DNA of 64,000 nucleotides from Alphaproteobacteria bacterium (GTDB lineage Bacteria; Pseudomonadota; Alphaproteobacteria; JAPOUT01; G958296285): NCBI GenBank assembly GCA_965209065.1, contig OZ242373.1, positions 1,415,384 to 1,479,383 of the forward strand, read 5' to 3'. Shown piece by piece: positions 42,801 to 49,246 of this stretch (position 1 is its first letter; each line of letters starts with the position of its first letter). The notes under the pieces were generated by a model. It saw only the letters and a program-made list of their open reading frames with translations, ran no database searches and was not told where the DNA came from. The position numbers and the translations under genes were made by a program.

Positions 42801-45800
42801 TTTTTGAAGGTGATGGAGTTTGTGCCATATATTTTAATAGCCGGACCCGGTCCAGAATTATTACCAAAGCCTTCAATGAAACGGGCATCAAGTGTCAGGT
42901 TTGTTGCTCTAATAGTAGCTTGGTTGACGGTGTTCCCAGAGCTATTTAATTGCCTCAATGATAACTTACCATTTGTTTTTAAGATTAAATTAAACTCTGG
43001 GTGGGCTTTCGTGCCGCTTACATCAACTTGCGCGGCGAACACATGCGCTATTCTTAGATTTGGTGTGCTTGATACAGTATCGGCGGCACCACCAGTTGTT
43101 TCAATGGTGAGCGTATCGCCCGCAGATAATCCACTTATTCCACCTGTGCTAAATACATCTTCGTCTCCGTTTTCTCCCGCCGAGGGACTAGTAGTAGTGC
43201 CGGTGCCGGCGGCGGTTACTATGGTGATAGTGCCAGAGGTTGTTATTTTCTTTAGGTTTGAGGGAACAATAATTTTGCCATTAGTTATAAGCGTTAAGTT
43301 AAATGTTTCTAAATTTAAAACACCCAAATTATTAATCTCAAAGCCACCTAACACACTCATTAGCGTTATATCGTTCGCTTGGGTTATGTCAATATCTACC
43401 TGCGGGATATTGCAATTTGTGTCAGCCGCAAGACAAGATGCCCACGTTGGAGGCGGATAATTCGCATTGGCAGATGTATCGTAAATAGCAGGCTTTACAC
43501 TAAAAGTGGCGGGAGGAGTGGTAGAGACACCGAACGACCCTGCTTGCGTTAGGGTAATGGCGCTCGCCGTGAGGTCGGCATTTGTAAAGCTAATGGTGCC
43601 GTTGGTAGCCGTTAGGGTCATTGCCCTATCTCCGGTGCTAAACATACCTGTAAGGCTGATGCTGGTTGCGGCGGTAATGGTGAGGGCTCCGTTAGTCTCT
43701 GGGTTTTGCGCGTTGGCGGAAGTGAGGATTACATTCCCCGCTGTCAAAGTAGTGCCGCTTGGGTGAGCAGGCAAACGGATAAAACCTGAGCCAGTAGCGG
43801 CTAGGGTCAAAGTGCCAGAGCCGATATCAAAAGTCACGGGGGCAAGTGCGCCTGTGGTTTTAAGCGTTAAGTTTCTATCATCTGTATCCATCCAGCTTTG
43901 AAGTTCAAGGGTGGCTGCCCCCGCATCAATTGTAAGCGCGCCTCGGGTGCCGATGGTTGGCTCGTTAATCATGGGAGACTCTAGCGTTAAGTCGTTGGTG
44001 CCGAAATTAAACGTGTTGCCGATAAGGGTTAGTGAAGTTGTTCCGACCAGCGTAACTGCGCCAGATGCCGCCGAAGCGGTGCCAGTAGTAAGTGTAACCG
44101 CCGCACCCGTGAGAGTGGTAGTGCCTGTGAAGTTAATTTGACCAACACTCGTTATTGTTAGTGCTTTACCCGCAACACCAAAATTACCCGATAAGGTGAT
44201 ATTGCCCGTGCCGCCCGTCTCTGTGGTGAGCGTGAGAGATGTTCCCCCCCCTGAAAAAGTTCCGCCTATGGTGAGAGAGATATTTCCTGATGTTCTTATT
44301 CCCGTAAGCGCGGTAGGAAAAACAACATCGCCTGTTGTGTTAATCGTGAAATCAAATGTGGTTACATCAAACTCTCCGCTAGGGGAATCAAACTTTTCTT
44401 CTATTGCCGCTATAATCTCAACGGCGTCAATGGTGCCGTTGCCATTCGTATCACTATTTGCGATTGTTATTTCAATCGCGCCAGGAGTCTTAACGACAAC
44501 CTGCGGCGTTGTATCGGTTTTGGTTGGCGTGACGGCGGTGGCGCCTGATAATGAAGAAGCAGTAGCCATTGGAACAGCTGATCTGAAAGTGGGTAGTGAG
44601 GCGGGATACTCTCCTACCTGCGATAAATTAATGGTATCTGCATATATACTGAAGGAAGTGCTGCCAAAAGTAATTTTGCCCTTTGTTGCCGTTATAGTTA
44701 AAATAGGTGAAACAGTGCGCCGGTTAGTGCCAACAATATCTTCAAAATCTCCGCTTACTAGCTGTATGCTCGCGTTTATGTCTATTGTTCCCGCCGTTAA
44801 GGTAAGATTCCCAGCGGCAAAGGTGGCGGGAGTGCCTGCTTTAAAGGCGGGTATTATTGCGTCAACAGTTATGTTATTATTTGCCGCTAGTATAAGTGTC
44901 CTCCCTGCAGGGGTATACGCACCATCCGACGTAAAAGGAGAAAGGTAATTGCGGATATGTCCCACTCTTATATAAAAAATTGTTTCGCCCTTATCACCTA
45001 CGTCATCAGCAGCCACACTATCACCATCACGCATGAGAGGGCGGATGCTTCCGCCTTCGGGGAGAGTGCTAGGAATTGTATCTGTAATAACGATATTTTC
45101 AGGGTCAAGCAAAAGCTCCCCTGCGTTCACATTAAATAAATCAAACGAGGCGAGACTCTTTTTACCCGATACCTCAACGAAACCATTCCCCGCCTCAATG
45201 TTGCCTTGAAAGTTCGTGCGAACATCTGACCAAATAATAACGCGCGGTGATGTTATTAACGCGCCCGACTCCACAATTGTTTTTTGTGAATTGGTAATAT
45301 CTCCCTTGCCTTGAAAATCACCCCCAACAAGAACCTCTTTGTTTGCCGTTAAACTTGCGCTTGAACCTATCCTTACTTCATTCGCGCCCTCTACGATTAT
45401 TCTATCTGCCGAAACCGCACCGCCAACATTAACCACTTCGCCCTTGCTTAAACTTTTTAGATGGACTTCGCCTGAAGGCGCATTGATAACACCTTGCGCC
45501 GAAACCGAACCAGAACTCGCCGAGGCTAACAAGCCCCCAACATTAACCACCGAACCCGCGCCAAACTCTACGCCAGCAGGATTCTCCAAAACCACACGAC
45601 CATTCGCGCTTAACGTGCCGTCTATCTGTGTGCCAACGCCATTACGAACGCCTATCACTATAGATGAACGCGAACTCGGCTGATGGATTCTAACTTCCTC
45701 TCCTGCCGAGATATCAAAGCTATTCCAGCTCGTTCGCAAGCTGTCGGTATATTGTCTTATGTTATATGCGTCACTTAAATCACCCGAGCCCGAGAGAATC

Positions 45801-45898
45801 TCTCCCCCTCTTGGCGCGGCAGACGCACTCGCTACACAAAAAAATGCTAGAAAAGCAACGCTTAACCAGCCTTTGACGGCTATTTCTTTTATCGACAT
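27806..45898 (-). CDS. giant TPS-domain exoprotein, copy 2 (TpsA / filamentous-haemagglutinin-like, 6,030 aa)
   Basis: Single uninterrupted 18,093-nt ORF. Its signal peptide plus TPS domain is near-identical to copy 1 (MSIKE… versus MPIKE…). Its C-terminal ~4,500 aa are also near-identical. Residues ~265-1,400 are diverged. AGGAGG lies 9 nt upstream of the start. Confidence 0.85.
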   Translation of the reverse strand: MSIKEIAVKGWLSVAFLAFFCVASASAAPRGGEILSGSGDLSDAYNIRQYTDSLRTSWNSFDISAGEEVRIHQPSSRSSIVIGVRNGVGTQIDGTLSANGRVVLENPAGVEFGAGSVVNVGGLLASASSGSVSAQGVINAPSGEVHLKSLSKGEVVNVGGAVSADRIIVEGANEVRIGSSASLTANKEVLVGGDFQGKGDITNSQKTIVESGALITSPRVIIWSDVRTNFQGNIEAGNGFVEVSGKKSLASFDLFNVNAGELLLDPENIVITDTIPSTLPEGGSIRPLMRDGDSVAADDVGDKGETIFYIRVGHIRNYLSPFTSDGAYTPAGRTLILAANNNITVDAIIPAFKAGTPATFAAGNLTLTAGTIDINASIQLVSGDFEDIVGTNRRTVSPILTITATKGKITFGSTSFSIYADTINLSQVGEYPASLPTFRSAVPMATASSLSGATAVTPTKTDTTPQVVVKTPGAIEITIANSDTNGNGTIDAVEIIAAIEEKFDSPSGEFDVTTFDFTINTTGDVVFPTALTGIRTSGNISLTIGGTFSGGGTSLTLTTETGGTGNITLSGNFGVAGKALTITSVGQINFTGTTTLTGAAVTLTTGTASAASGAVTLVGTTSLTLIGNTFNFGTNDLTLESPMINEPTIGTRGALTIDAGAATLELQSWMDTDDRNLTLKTTGALAPVTFDIGSGTLTLAATGSGFIRLPAHPSGTTLTAGNVILTSANAQNPETNGALTITAATSISLTGMFSTGDRAMTLTATNGTISFTNADLTASAITLTQAGSFGVSTTPPATFSVKPAIYDTSANANYPPPTWASCLAADTNCNIPQVDIDITQANDITLMSVLGGFEINNLGVLNLETFNLTLITNGKIIVPSNLKKITTSGTITIVTAAGTGTTTSPSAGENGDEDVFSTGGISGLSAGDTLTIETTGGAADTVSSTPNLRIAHVFAAQVDVSGTKAHPEFNLILKTNGKLSLRQLNSSGNTVNQATIRATNLTLDARFIEGFGNNSGPGPAIKIYGTNSITFKNLVKVSTANLTQSLILNVDGVGGISYSTTGTGANAENAFSEYAVNIENTHNSTDALTIGSWALQAARTSITSTTRPVLITESVTTNILEITAPRIIFDGDADIEIKVKKTIRLNTTKNNTDMLAFANIDDDVNGSQNLTIKQEDNAVFVQFFIKGVYNLGGGTLTLDFPNLTLSGRPGSNSGAFQEINITELNARAVVLNFIADADGVNDKGYFFTSSVSGDFILTTTGTIEIKGHLEIAEIGPGAQNTGFAPNVADVSIKLTASEITFTDNPTIIVTGASSTIELTQTEAFAADIGTTSFRRGLGSISGGANAADAPAYLPILTQTGLTGGATYAAPSWGACPDGATDCLQPAHIDIAGTNITAQMITEAIEGKFEIDDDGVLDLGDSNFTLNPTGTITFPDDLLEIKTTGSISITATSVSGFAASDTIKLTTIAGTGGGNITLAGSFGIAARNLEISSAGNLTFTGTTTIIGSGITITSASATTPGTKLTIDASAGVTLAGAINVATLDIQYGDGGGSLAYTTPNLTVATLNITAGNSASEALTIASWMTGATTALTINAAGIAVSVPDISFSGKNLEIIANRISFTEATPTISAADLTLTTGDASGAAAGAVTLTATGTLDLTGNFNLNGNTLTLNAATLASDTPPTFTSRGTLIINASGALTLASWMEQSGQDLTVTATGNITLASINIGGGSLSLTTTSTGTIIVPAGNATLTATNVTLNAAAAPASNARALTINATTGTTTLIGRFRADSFTITTGTLATSGILSFNVSTLTISGLSGSFTLADWMPRDSGDELDVQIAGDIIIPAGFSTSNAGTLILKSSGGALDFQGAANLVRSTIDLQSNTADSSAANGLIQISATNLSLGGSYDFGTGNVELSFSGTFTTPTALTTDDLTITKTNAGTLTYAAWMLGSNANRNLTLTTTHLSGNITIPTSITTNGTGTLTLNATNQIRFSSASVTLSAHTLSLTARSTDTNVPAIISTGDYDVTFTARTGGLTIFATLIDLKRSGDNDATKNNLTLSAGGTIQFTKDTTIKVNDIKLGGTVNAGTLISGAVASGNGDLEINAADAIIFSSATTITGTEIRLSSAIGGTPNNTHDVQITSTGNLTLSGLIQTSGTITLKATAGNSIEYSGDTKIDGGSSISLTSSGTPAAPSAARNVTLDAEAVTLLGAINLGAGTLFIESNTVTYTTRVALTALAVDLTLNTSSFDLAAKANEWLIPATTDTDFDRSLTITTIGIGGSILLPSGARDFGTGALTLASSGTGAIIFASGAATTIKARSISLNSTTGGTQRNQDLTLETMGGDITLQGTFNIGLPASTEGDLVIIAVGGEISFTGTPAINGKTITLTQSNNKEAFNSSTSPATFNVKPAVKYTGADAADGYLVSDAWATCSTNENPGCSVPVPVRSTGEASINLATLIAGKFSIVNGVLDLGSQPLELQTGGAITFPSALLEIKTSGTITISAGSISGWGASVKLTATGEITLSGAFGVSTKALTIDAGSLTFASALIETTITGSTVSIKGTNTASTPATAKLTITATGNLTLDGPINVGTQTLALNYGTSGAGSTLTYSNSTDITFGELEITNSGTTALDIVDWMAVSDKNLTITASEATVNILAGVSLGTGNLNINTNKINFGVGFTQITAGDITLATTTAASNNAVLPPLSFTASGTLSLSGDYDFTNSTTSTNASITLSAATFAATPAPTITNVSNISLAYTGTGAFTPPTWAAIAGVDLSITADEISLPASFTIGTGDLTLTANEVSAANTVTRGALTINLAEENGTFLIETWAIVAGKNLTIDSGSVAGVTITIPAALNIGAGALSLTAATLNFGSADVAITAATITLSGSVANPANVSVSMTATGKITFTDTAGLAYDFGANTLTLSAGEFDATLTNVMLTAETLELTYTGATAFNIPAWATANITNLSVTTTEVALNVPSALNIGSGDLDLRTTTANSNGIVFARDATITAGGLTLGSSVASTLASSGASDATITFNLSGSLTAGVANDKGTISGLHTFSFAGDNNTFSISTDQSSSGLSSNSRILVGNFAITYTGAGEFDQPSLAATGGGASSITTTYSITTSTGTGISLSGSGFGAAALTITAPTVTNRSPNVGTNTGDLTLNINGATDFTIPAWAIRTGKNLTIASSTADINVPAGLVAFGNGNLTLMAMGGSAITFADGATLEGGDITLYSTTPATAAGASISITASGALDLSGSFNLGTTDLVLSYASVDATILSSLTTDSLAITSSEETIDIAGWMVPTSGRRSLSITSAGSSTAITTGININLGGGILTLVTTDFSVKTSNITLTAGAINITAKGDGTGASSAITNTSSSEGLTLSATAGNITISADNIDLRHGGEGSLNLSASGQVIFSKASVVRAHNITIGGDIRAAGADLTLNAANAIVLDASKATSITAGTITLTSTIAGATSKQNFTLTADGNINLSGLFDVGNEADGGEMNFSAGNNGDNENQSSITLNDGLTLTARSILLTQNALFPEDEPTGVTFTIFENALPNAERTGGLPQTEHDWFEFAALTYDADDENIIIADLIAGDSDQMAFRPFTFDVATGILSFGEESVRLITTGQIIFPAGITAITAASLTLEAASIGIGSGADTAPATAFSGNLAITLTANLILKGALTLGDDLTLAITARRADLSGAVITAPTFNLTDASGTSTDGDTSITAATAVVWSSGANFPAELTLATPSLVLTSTASEGPIINLRAWMVDTTANRNLSITAAGKIVEVSASANLGTGDLTINARTLLVSTAAVSITAKDISITASADGTTSGDAAIRGDQNLTLIATGDIVIAATAIHLTGGFTASTTSANGIVFSKEATTLTATNIIFGREIPASTAGGVTTEASKTGSVISARSTATVDDAEVITASDLTLTTAGAITFIGKATISGAAVSLDSAEEGSQIDADLTINATGDLTIAGMFNAGTGIIRLVAGASGGTGDIVFTPTPTLRASSIRLQQNDTPFTAGSTAPATFTTAGNAEVKPRVKYLGAGEQQVTDNDGDWFVLDTLEFAPDNGSDNVDIAALLADTNGDFSDFSINADGLLDFGTEIVTITTTGKIIFPAGIREIRAAGLVLTAASIGIGAGADDGDATAFSGDLTLTIQGRLTLNGILTMGADTSLTANVLGSTSLVGVFTAPTFNLTTNRLTIGSADVVTSISATGTNATGAVVLTTTNAVTFTAHTDGTLPTIATPNLTWSKGDSVFGETSGFTLTGGGNLTLAYTGEAAEAVVLRDWMVATDRNLSLTATGEITLATADLGAGTLTLSGLFITTGDADVVLTASAIRLTTTEETNAAISGDQDLTLIATGDITIAATAINLSGDFTASAGGNITFTKATTLASANITFGRNVPAAGDVAASVIGSTIRAQSTADGETTEHVLVFITTAAITFIGETTITGAGIGLVSLTEGAASNADLTITASNGVVLSGLFNTGTGDISVTSGADNAIRFADGTNIVETVLKGGAITLTSGTATAEGIADEGGTPAIGSGHVTVIATGAVLLGGVFDAGDGTIMISAGTTTVDQEMPINFSTTQATSISGGAVTLTATGTATSGTATASNQALTITASGELTLDGDYDLGTGALTLNYDSISAPIGDITASGGLTIISANAIEIADWMVEENRNLSITTDADITLADIDLGTGTLTLSGDFITTGTGTDTIVLTASAITLTASAESTEGTEEATAAIRGAQALTLIATGDINITATEINLTADFTASAGGNITFTKAVRLIAANITFGRSVTVESEVEGVADVTTITGSTIRAQSTEGETTTQHNLVFITTAAITFIGETTITGAAIGLISATEGAASDADLTIRASDGVALGGLFNTGTGDISVTSGADNAIRFTDEATVLKGGDITLTSGTATAEGMAEEGGTPDVGEGAVTITATGAVLLGGVLQTTGNITITAGTTTAGEEMPIHFSTTQATTISGAIVSLTATGTATSGVATASNQDLRITASGALTLAGSYNAGTGDVVLIYASLGTAPTALVTDDLTITSAAAITIAEWMVAIGRDLFLTATNEGITLADVDLGTGTLTLSGSFLATGAADVTLMASAITITTSADTTGAAAAIRNTDNQNLTLVATAGNISIGADTIDLQHGNTNTGTGDLSLSASGEIIFTKAADVKANDIAIGGVVRAQTITPATDDAEEIVAASHNLTLTANGALNFAADKPTAISGADITLASAADSTPTASGQNLTIVAATGAVALSGNIDLGRTVAAAGTTPATTGGILTITSGGDIAFSGAGTLTAEVIAITATSGQATFAGTPTIATTTFNWSQGGAFVDASPATLTVANLNLTRTADDGITFAAWMAATDRNLSIAIVPTTEGSASAVISIGSNVTLGAGNLSLSATRLSISGASIIMAGDVNIVLSGTGSEATSALAGTASLGITASGSITIHAQNINFASVDLTLTAGDDEDITFTHADGTSINAQNITIGGVVRAQSTATVNEAAVVTQENLSLIAGDTTGQINFATEKATSIFGAVITLTSPTVGTTSTQNLTVTATGNLALSGGFDVGVGRLDLIAGDERGDTGVITFADPTALTASFIKLSQDGALFPTDKPTEVTFNINVVDEDGAITSTAEGAPRISYLGAEIQGRLTWATQFALYSGDGADKNIDLMDAFEAGNPFADEDNLEDNIVDFTDEDDKDFIVNADEGGNLILPDMPITIKANRIVISADKVGTGAGGNGVTRKIVLEATEIIIIDAEIAASDNIEINAPIVIFSKTKPVTLTGMNIMIDTDEMVEMPDDVANNQNVNLIAMNDIELNNNLNIGFGTLVLRSMSDTGSVRVSQRNVRIVANRVVYDAGIQTTGGNNIVIETMNDIILTDSSVMTAGNVILRAGGSIVLPDGDVVIQAGEDIILEQRYGRRSNGNLTLTAGGDVNLIGTLYRGAGNIAITAGGAVVLTDAEALIAAQVSITQADVFSTDAPRTLFIGQNGVANAPALVYTGTAAHPIILWGASLTCSTATACR

Positions 45899-46004
45899 GG
45901 GAGATACCCTCCTGTTATGGTATAATCAGAGAATTACTCTAACACATTTATTTTCTCCGCTTCAAGCAAAAAATGCTCTTTTAATTAAAAAAATAGCCGC
46001 GCCC

Positions 46005-48554
46005 CTAACCCGAAGCCGAACGCAAAAAAGACGCAGGACGCTGACCCAACAATCTGTAGTTTATGCCCCCGCCACATAAAAATGAACCCAGCAAAGCTAA
46101 GCCTATCGTGAATAATGCCACCTTAGGTAGAAAAATAAACTCCGCCAGCCACAAATACTCCACCATCCACCACGCAACCACAACGCCTATCAATAAACCT
46201 ACCAAGCTCGCCGATAAGCCCAGCACAAAATACTCCACGCCTGACGCTCGCAGAATCATTCCCCTATCCGCGCCCAATACCTTGAAAATCACACTCTCAG
46301 CCCGCTTGCGCTCGAAACTCGCCGCCTGAGACGCTATCAAAACCAATACCCCCGCTAATAACGTCCAAAAACTCGCCAGCCGACCCACCAGCGATAACTG
46401 CTCCAGCAAAGACGAAATCACCGCTAGTGCCTCGCTCGTCTCCACCAGCACAATATCCGCGAAATTACGCGATAACTCCCCGCGCGTCCGCTTGATGAGA
46501 CCCTCCTCTACACGAAAAGTGGCGAAATAACTCGCCGGTATCTCGTTGAACGGACGCGGCGAGAAGATAAACACAAAATTCATCCCTCCCTGAGACCAAT
46601 CAACCGAACGCAGATTATGTATCCGCGCCTTCACCGCAACGCCAAAAAGATTTATCGTCACGCTGTCGCCCAGCTTCAAACCCAAACCCTCCGCCACATT
46701 CGCGCTCAGCGAGACCAGAGGCGAGCCGTCATAGCCCGAATCCCACCACTCGCCCGCCGTGAGCTTGCTGTTCGGCGGCGGACGCGCGGCATAGGTCAAG
46801 CCCCTGTCTCCACGCAAAACCCACGCGATATCCTCCGCCGCTCGCTCCTTGTAGAAAGATAAAGGCTTGCCGTTGATACTCAGCAAAGGCGCGCGCAGTA
46901 AGGGAACAATGCGTATATCCTCTATCCCCTCCCTGTTTTGTAAAAAAGCCTCCAGTTTCGGCTTTTGATCCTGCTGAATGCCCGCCACAAAGAAGCTCGG
47001 CGCACGATTCGGCAGCCCGCGCTCGATTTGGTAGCTCAAATTTCCCTCAACCAGAGCTATCGCCGTTAAAAGCGATAATCCCAGCCCCAACGCCATGATG
47101 ATATTGCGGTTGTCTGAAGCAGGGCGCGTGATGTTGCTTAACGCAATCCGCCATAATGGGTTCTTAACATGCTTTATCCAGCGCAAAAACCACACAAGCA
47201 TCAGCGCCATGCCGTATAGCAGGAAAATGCTCGCCGATGCGCCCAATATAAAGTAAAGCGCAAACGAACGCTCGGGCGATAGTGCCAAAATTACCGAAAA
47301 CAGAAAAGCTACCAAAAAGCCCAAAACACCCCACCACCGAAACGATAAAGTCCGCAGAAAGCCCAGCCCTAACGGCTCTATCGCCGCGCGAAATAGATGC
47401 GAGGGCGGAGTCGCTTTCGCGTAAGCCAGCGGAATCAGGCTGAAAAGAAGCGTTATCACTAAGCCATACACGCAGACTATCCCCACAACCGAAAACGAGA
47501 AAATAGGCTCGACCGCTAAGGGCAAAAGGTCTTGAACCAGCGGCAGAGCCAGAAAAGGCGCTAAAGCACCCAGAGAAATGCCGAAAATTAACGCTCCGCT
47601 CGCCATTATCAGAATTTGCGCGAGATAGCTCGCCACAAGCGTATTCTCGCGCGCACCCAAGCATTTGAGACTCGCGAGAGTCGTCCGCCGCCGCGCAAAC
47701 CACACGCTCACCGCATTCGCTATCCCAACCCCGCTTACTAGAAAGGTCGTCAGCGCCGCTAAGGTCAAAAACATAGAGACACGCTCAACAAAACGGCGCA
47801 AAGAGGGCGAAGAATCACGATAAGTGCGAACCTCCCAGCCCGCGCGGGGGAAGGCTTGCGCCGCTCGCGCCTCAAAGTCATCACGGGCGGCGGCGGGCGG
47901 GGGAGAGCGCAAAACCAGCCGTGCGCGGTAAGTGATAAGGCTACCGAGCTGAACTAGCCCAGTCGCCGCCAACCCTTGCCGCGAAATAATCAGCTTCGGC
48001 TGAAATGGCAAGCCGTCCGCCAAGCTGTCAGGCTCTTTTTCTATCACCCCAAGCAAGCGAAAGCGGGCTTTTCCAATGGAAAAAATTTCACCAACCCTGA
48101 TATTCAACGCCGCGAGAAAGCTGGGAGCTGATATCACGCCATAAACCCCGCTTTTTCGCCCCAATAGGCTGGGCAACCCCTCTCTCTGCCCATTTTGTAG
48201 CGAAACCTCCCCGACAAGAGGGTAGGCATCATCAACCGCCTTCAACAAAACCGAGCCATTATGCTCTTTTGTCTGCGCCATCGCCAACATCGTGGCGGCA
48301 AAGGAAACCTCCCCGCTCTCTTTTTGGAAAAATGCCCGCTCCTGCCCGCTGAAAGCTAGGTGAATCCGCCGAACCTCAATGTCACCGCCGAGAATAGCCC
48401 GCCCCTCCTTCTGCAACTGCGCCGTCAGCGAGGCTGTGAAAGAATTGCTCGCCGTGAGCGTAAAACTACTCAATATCAGGCAAGCGAGCGCAATATAAAA
48501 GCCCTTGATTCCGCCACGCAGCTCGCGGAGGGCTATTTTGATGAAAAGCAGCAT
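46005..48554 (-). CDS. ybbP: ABC transporter permease with two FtsX-type modules (YbbP / LolCE / MacB-family)
   Basis: 849-aa ORF. Its ATG overlaps the stop codon of the ATPase gene (ATGA at 48552-48556). It has two blocks of four transmembrane helices, each preceded by a large periplasmic domain. The size and architecture are those of E. coli YbbP. Confidence 0.75.
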   Translation of the reverse strand: MLLFIKIALRELRGGIKGFYIALACLILSSFTLTASNSFTASLTAQLQKEGRAILGGDIEVRRIHLAFSGQERAFFQKESGEVSFAATMLAMAQTKEHNGSVLLKAVDDAYPLVGEVSLQNGQREGLPSLLGRKSGVYGVISAPSFLAALNIRVGEIFSIGKARFRLLGVIEKEPDSLADGLPFQPKLIISRQGLAATGLVQLGSLITYRARLVLRSPPPAAARDDFEARAAQAFPRAGWEVRTYRDSSPSLRRFVERVSMFLTLAALTTFLVSGVGIANAVSVWFARRRTTLASLKCLGARENTLVASYLAQILIMASGALIFGISLGALAPFLALPLVQDLLPLAVEPIFSFSVVGIVCVYGLVITLLFSLIPLAYAKATPPSHLFRAAIEPLGLGFLRTLSFRWWGVLGFLVAFLFSVILALSPERSFALYFILGASASIFLLYGMALMLVWFLRWIKHVKNPLWRIALSNITRPASDNRNIIMALGLGLSLLTAIALVEGNLSYQIERGLPNRAPSFFVAGIQQDQKPKLEAFLQNREGIEDIRIVPLLRAPLLSINGKPLSFYKERAAEDIAWVLRGDRGLTYAARPPPNSKLTAGEWWDSGYDGSPLVSLSANVAEGLGLKLGDSVTINLFGVAVKARIHNLRSVDWSQGGMNFVFIFSPRPFNEIPASYFATFRVEEGLIKRTRGELSRNFADIVLVETSEALAVISSLLEQLSLVGRLASFWTLLAGVLVLIASQAASFERKRAESVIFKVLGADRGMILRASGVEYFVLGLSASLVGLLIGVVVAWWMVEYLWLAEFIFLPKVALFTIGLALLGSFLCGGGINYRLLGQRPASFLRSASG

Positions 48555-49246
48555 CAGGTGGTGAGCCTGCCGTTATCCATCACCAAAACTCGGTCGCACC
48601 GCCGCGCGAGCGCCTCATCGTGCGTCACCAAAATCAAACAGCTATTATTCTGCTTTTGGATAGAAAAAAGCAAATCGGCAATACTATTAGAGTTTTTTTT
48701 GTCTAAATTGCCAGTTGGCTCGTCCGCAAGGAGAATATCGGGTTGCGCGATAATCGCGCGCGCCAAGCCGACCCTTTGCTGCTCCCCACCCGACATTTGA
48801 CTCGGATAGTGGTGAAGGCGGTCGGCTAACCCGACCTGCTCTAACATCACTTTCGCCCGCGCATGAGCATCACGCGCACCCAGAAATTCTAGCGGAAGAG
48901 CGCAGTTTTCAAGCGCGGTCATCGTCGGGATAAGGTGAAAAGACTGGAACACTATCCCAATATGGCGCGACCGAAAGCGCGCGCGCGCGTCCTCGTTCAT
49001 CTTAACAATATCCTCATTGGCAACAATAATGCTCCCCCCGCTTGGAGAATCCAGCCCAGCGATAAGCATAATCAAAGACGACTTGCCCGAACCACTAGGA
49101 CCCGTAATAGCAATCGACTCGTTGGCTGACGCGTCAAGGGAAATGTCGCTTAAAATTTTTATTTCGTGTGAAGGACCTTTTAGTGTAAAATCTACATTTT
49201 TCAACGAAAGGGCTTTATCAATGGCAACTTCTTTTAACTCTGTCAT
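48554..49246 (-). CDS. ybbA: ABC transporter ATP-binding protein (YbbA / LolD / MacB-NBD-like)
   Basis: Walker A GPSGSGKSSL, the signature LSGGEQQRVGLARA and Walker B ILLADEPTGNLD. The likely start is MTELKEV (ATG at 49244-49246). The tabulated ORF extends to 49330 but would overlap tesA more deeply. Confidence 0.8.
   Translation of the reverse strand: MTELKEVAIDKALSLKNVDFTLKGPSHEIKILSDISLDASANESIAITGPSGSGKSSLIMLIAGLDSPSGGSIIVANEDIVKMNEDARARFRSRHIGIVFQSFHLIPTMTALENCALPLEFLGARDAHARAKVMLEQVGLADRLHHYPSQMSGGEQQRVGLARAIIAQPDILLADEPTGNLDKKNSNSIADLLFSIQKQNNSCLILVTHDEALARRCDRVLVMDNGRLTT

Larger units (their letters stand above)
9960..45990. repeat. head-to-tail tandem duplication of an ~17.8-18.2 kb unit (promoter + giant ORF + 3' tail)
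   Basis: The 3' tails (ttatcccccaatagaagagcgttcccgttttagcggcaagcag at 9962 and 27777) and the 5' regions (ccctcctgttat(a/g)gtataatcagag… at 27694 and 45906) are shared. Antisense ORF pairs are identical at offsets of 17,812-17,869 nt. A central segment is diverged. Confidence 0.9.

Noticed and set aside
10376-45139. Dozens of long plus-strand ORFs, up to 677 aa (e.g. 16205..18238, 34062..36095, 13286..14113, 22538..23368), are tabulated inside the giant genes. All are V/A/P/S-rich.
   Set aside because: They are antisense to a single continuous 17.7-kb or 18.1-kb minus-strand ORF. The sense-strand codon bias (ACN/GCN/GGN/ATY) removes stop codons from the antisense frames. Their composition, rich in Val/Ala/Pro/Ser, is simply the complement of that bias. 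They are identical between the copies only because the DNA is duplicated.
9994-45898. Classical autotransporter (type Va) or RTX/T1SS giant adhesin
   Set aside because: The C-terminus ends …LTCSTATACR, with no beta-barrel signature and no terminal aromatic residue. No GGxGxDxUx calcium-binding nonapeptides were found. A cleavable N-terminal Sec signal and a TPS-like domain are present instead. No T1SS ABC/MFP/TolC trio is adjacent, and YbbAP has FtsX-type architecture, not HlyB-type.
9960-45990. Tandem duplication as an assembly artefact
   Set aside because: The copies differ by a ~3-kb diverged cassette, a second diverged patch and several small indels, and they have distinct flanks. A collapsed-repeat mis-assembly would not create ordered, in-frame divergence. 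It should still be confirmed with long reads.
9825-46004. Mobile element (IS, integrase or tRNA-targeted island) mediating the duplication
   Set aside because: No transposase or integrase ORF, terminal inverted repeat or direct target-site repeat is visible at the unit boundaries (9,962; 27,777; ~45,990). The only tRNA in the window, tRNA-Ala at 60,734, is 15 kb away.
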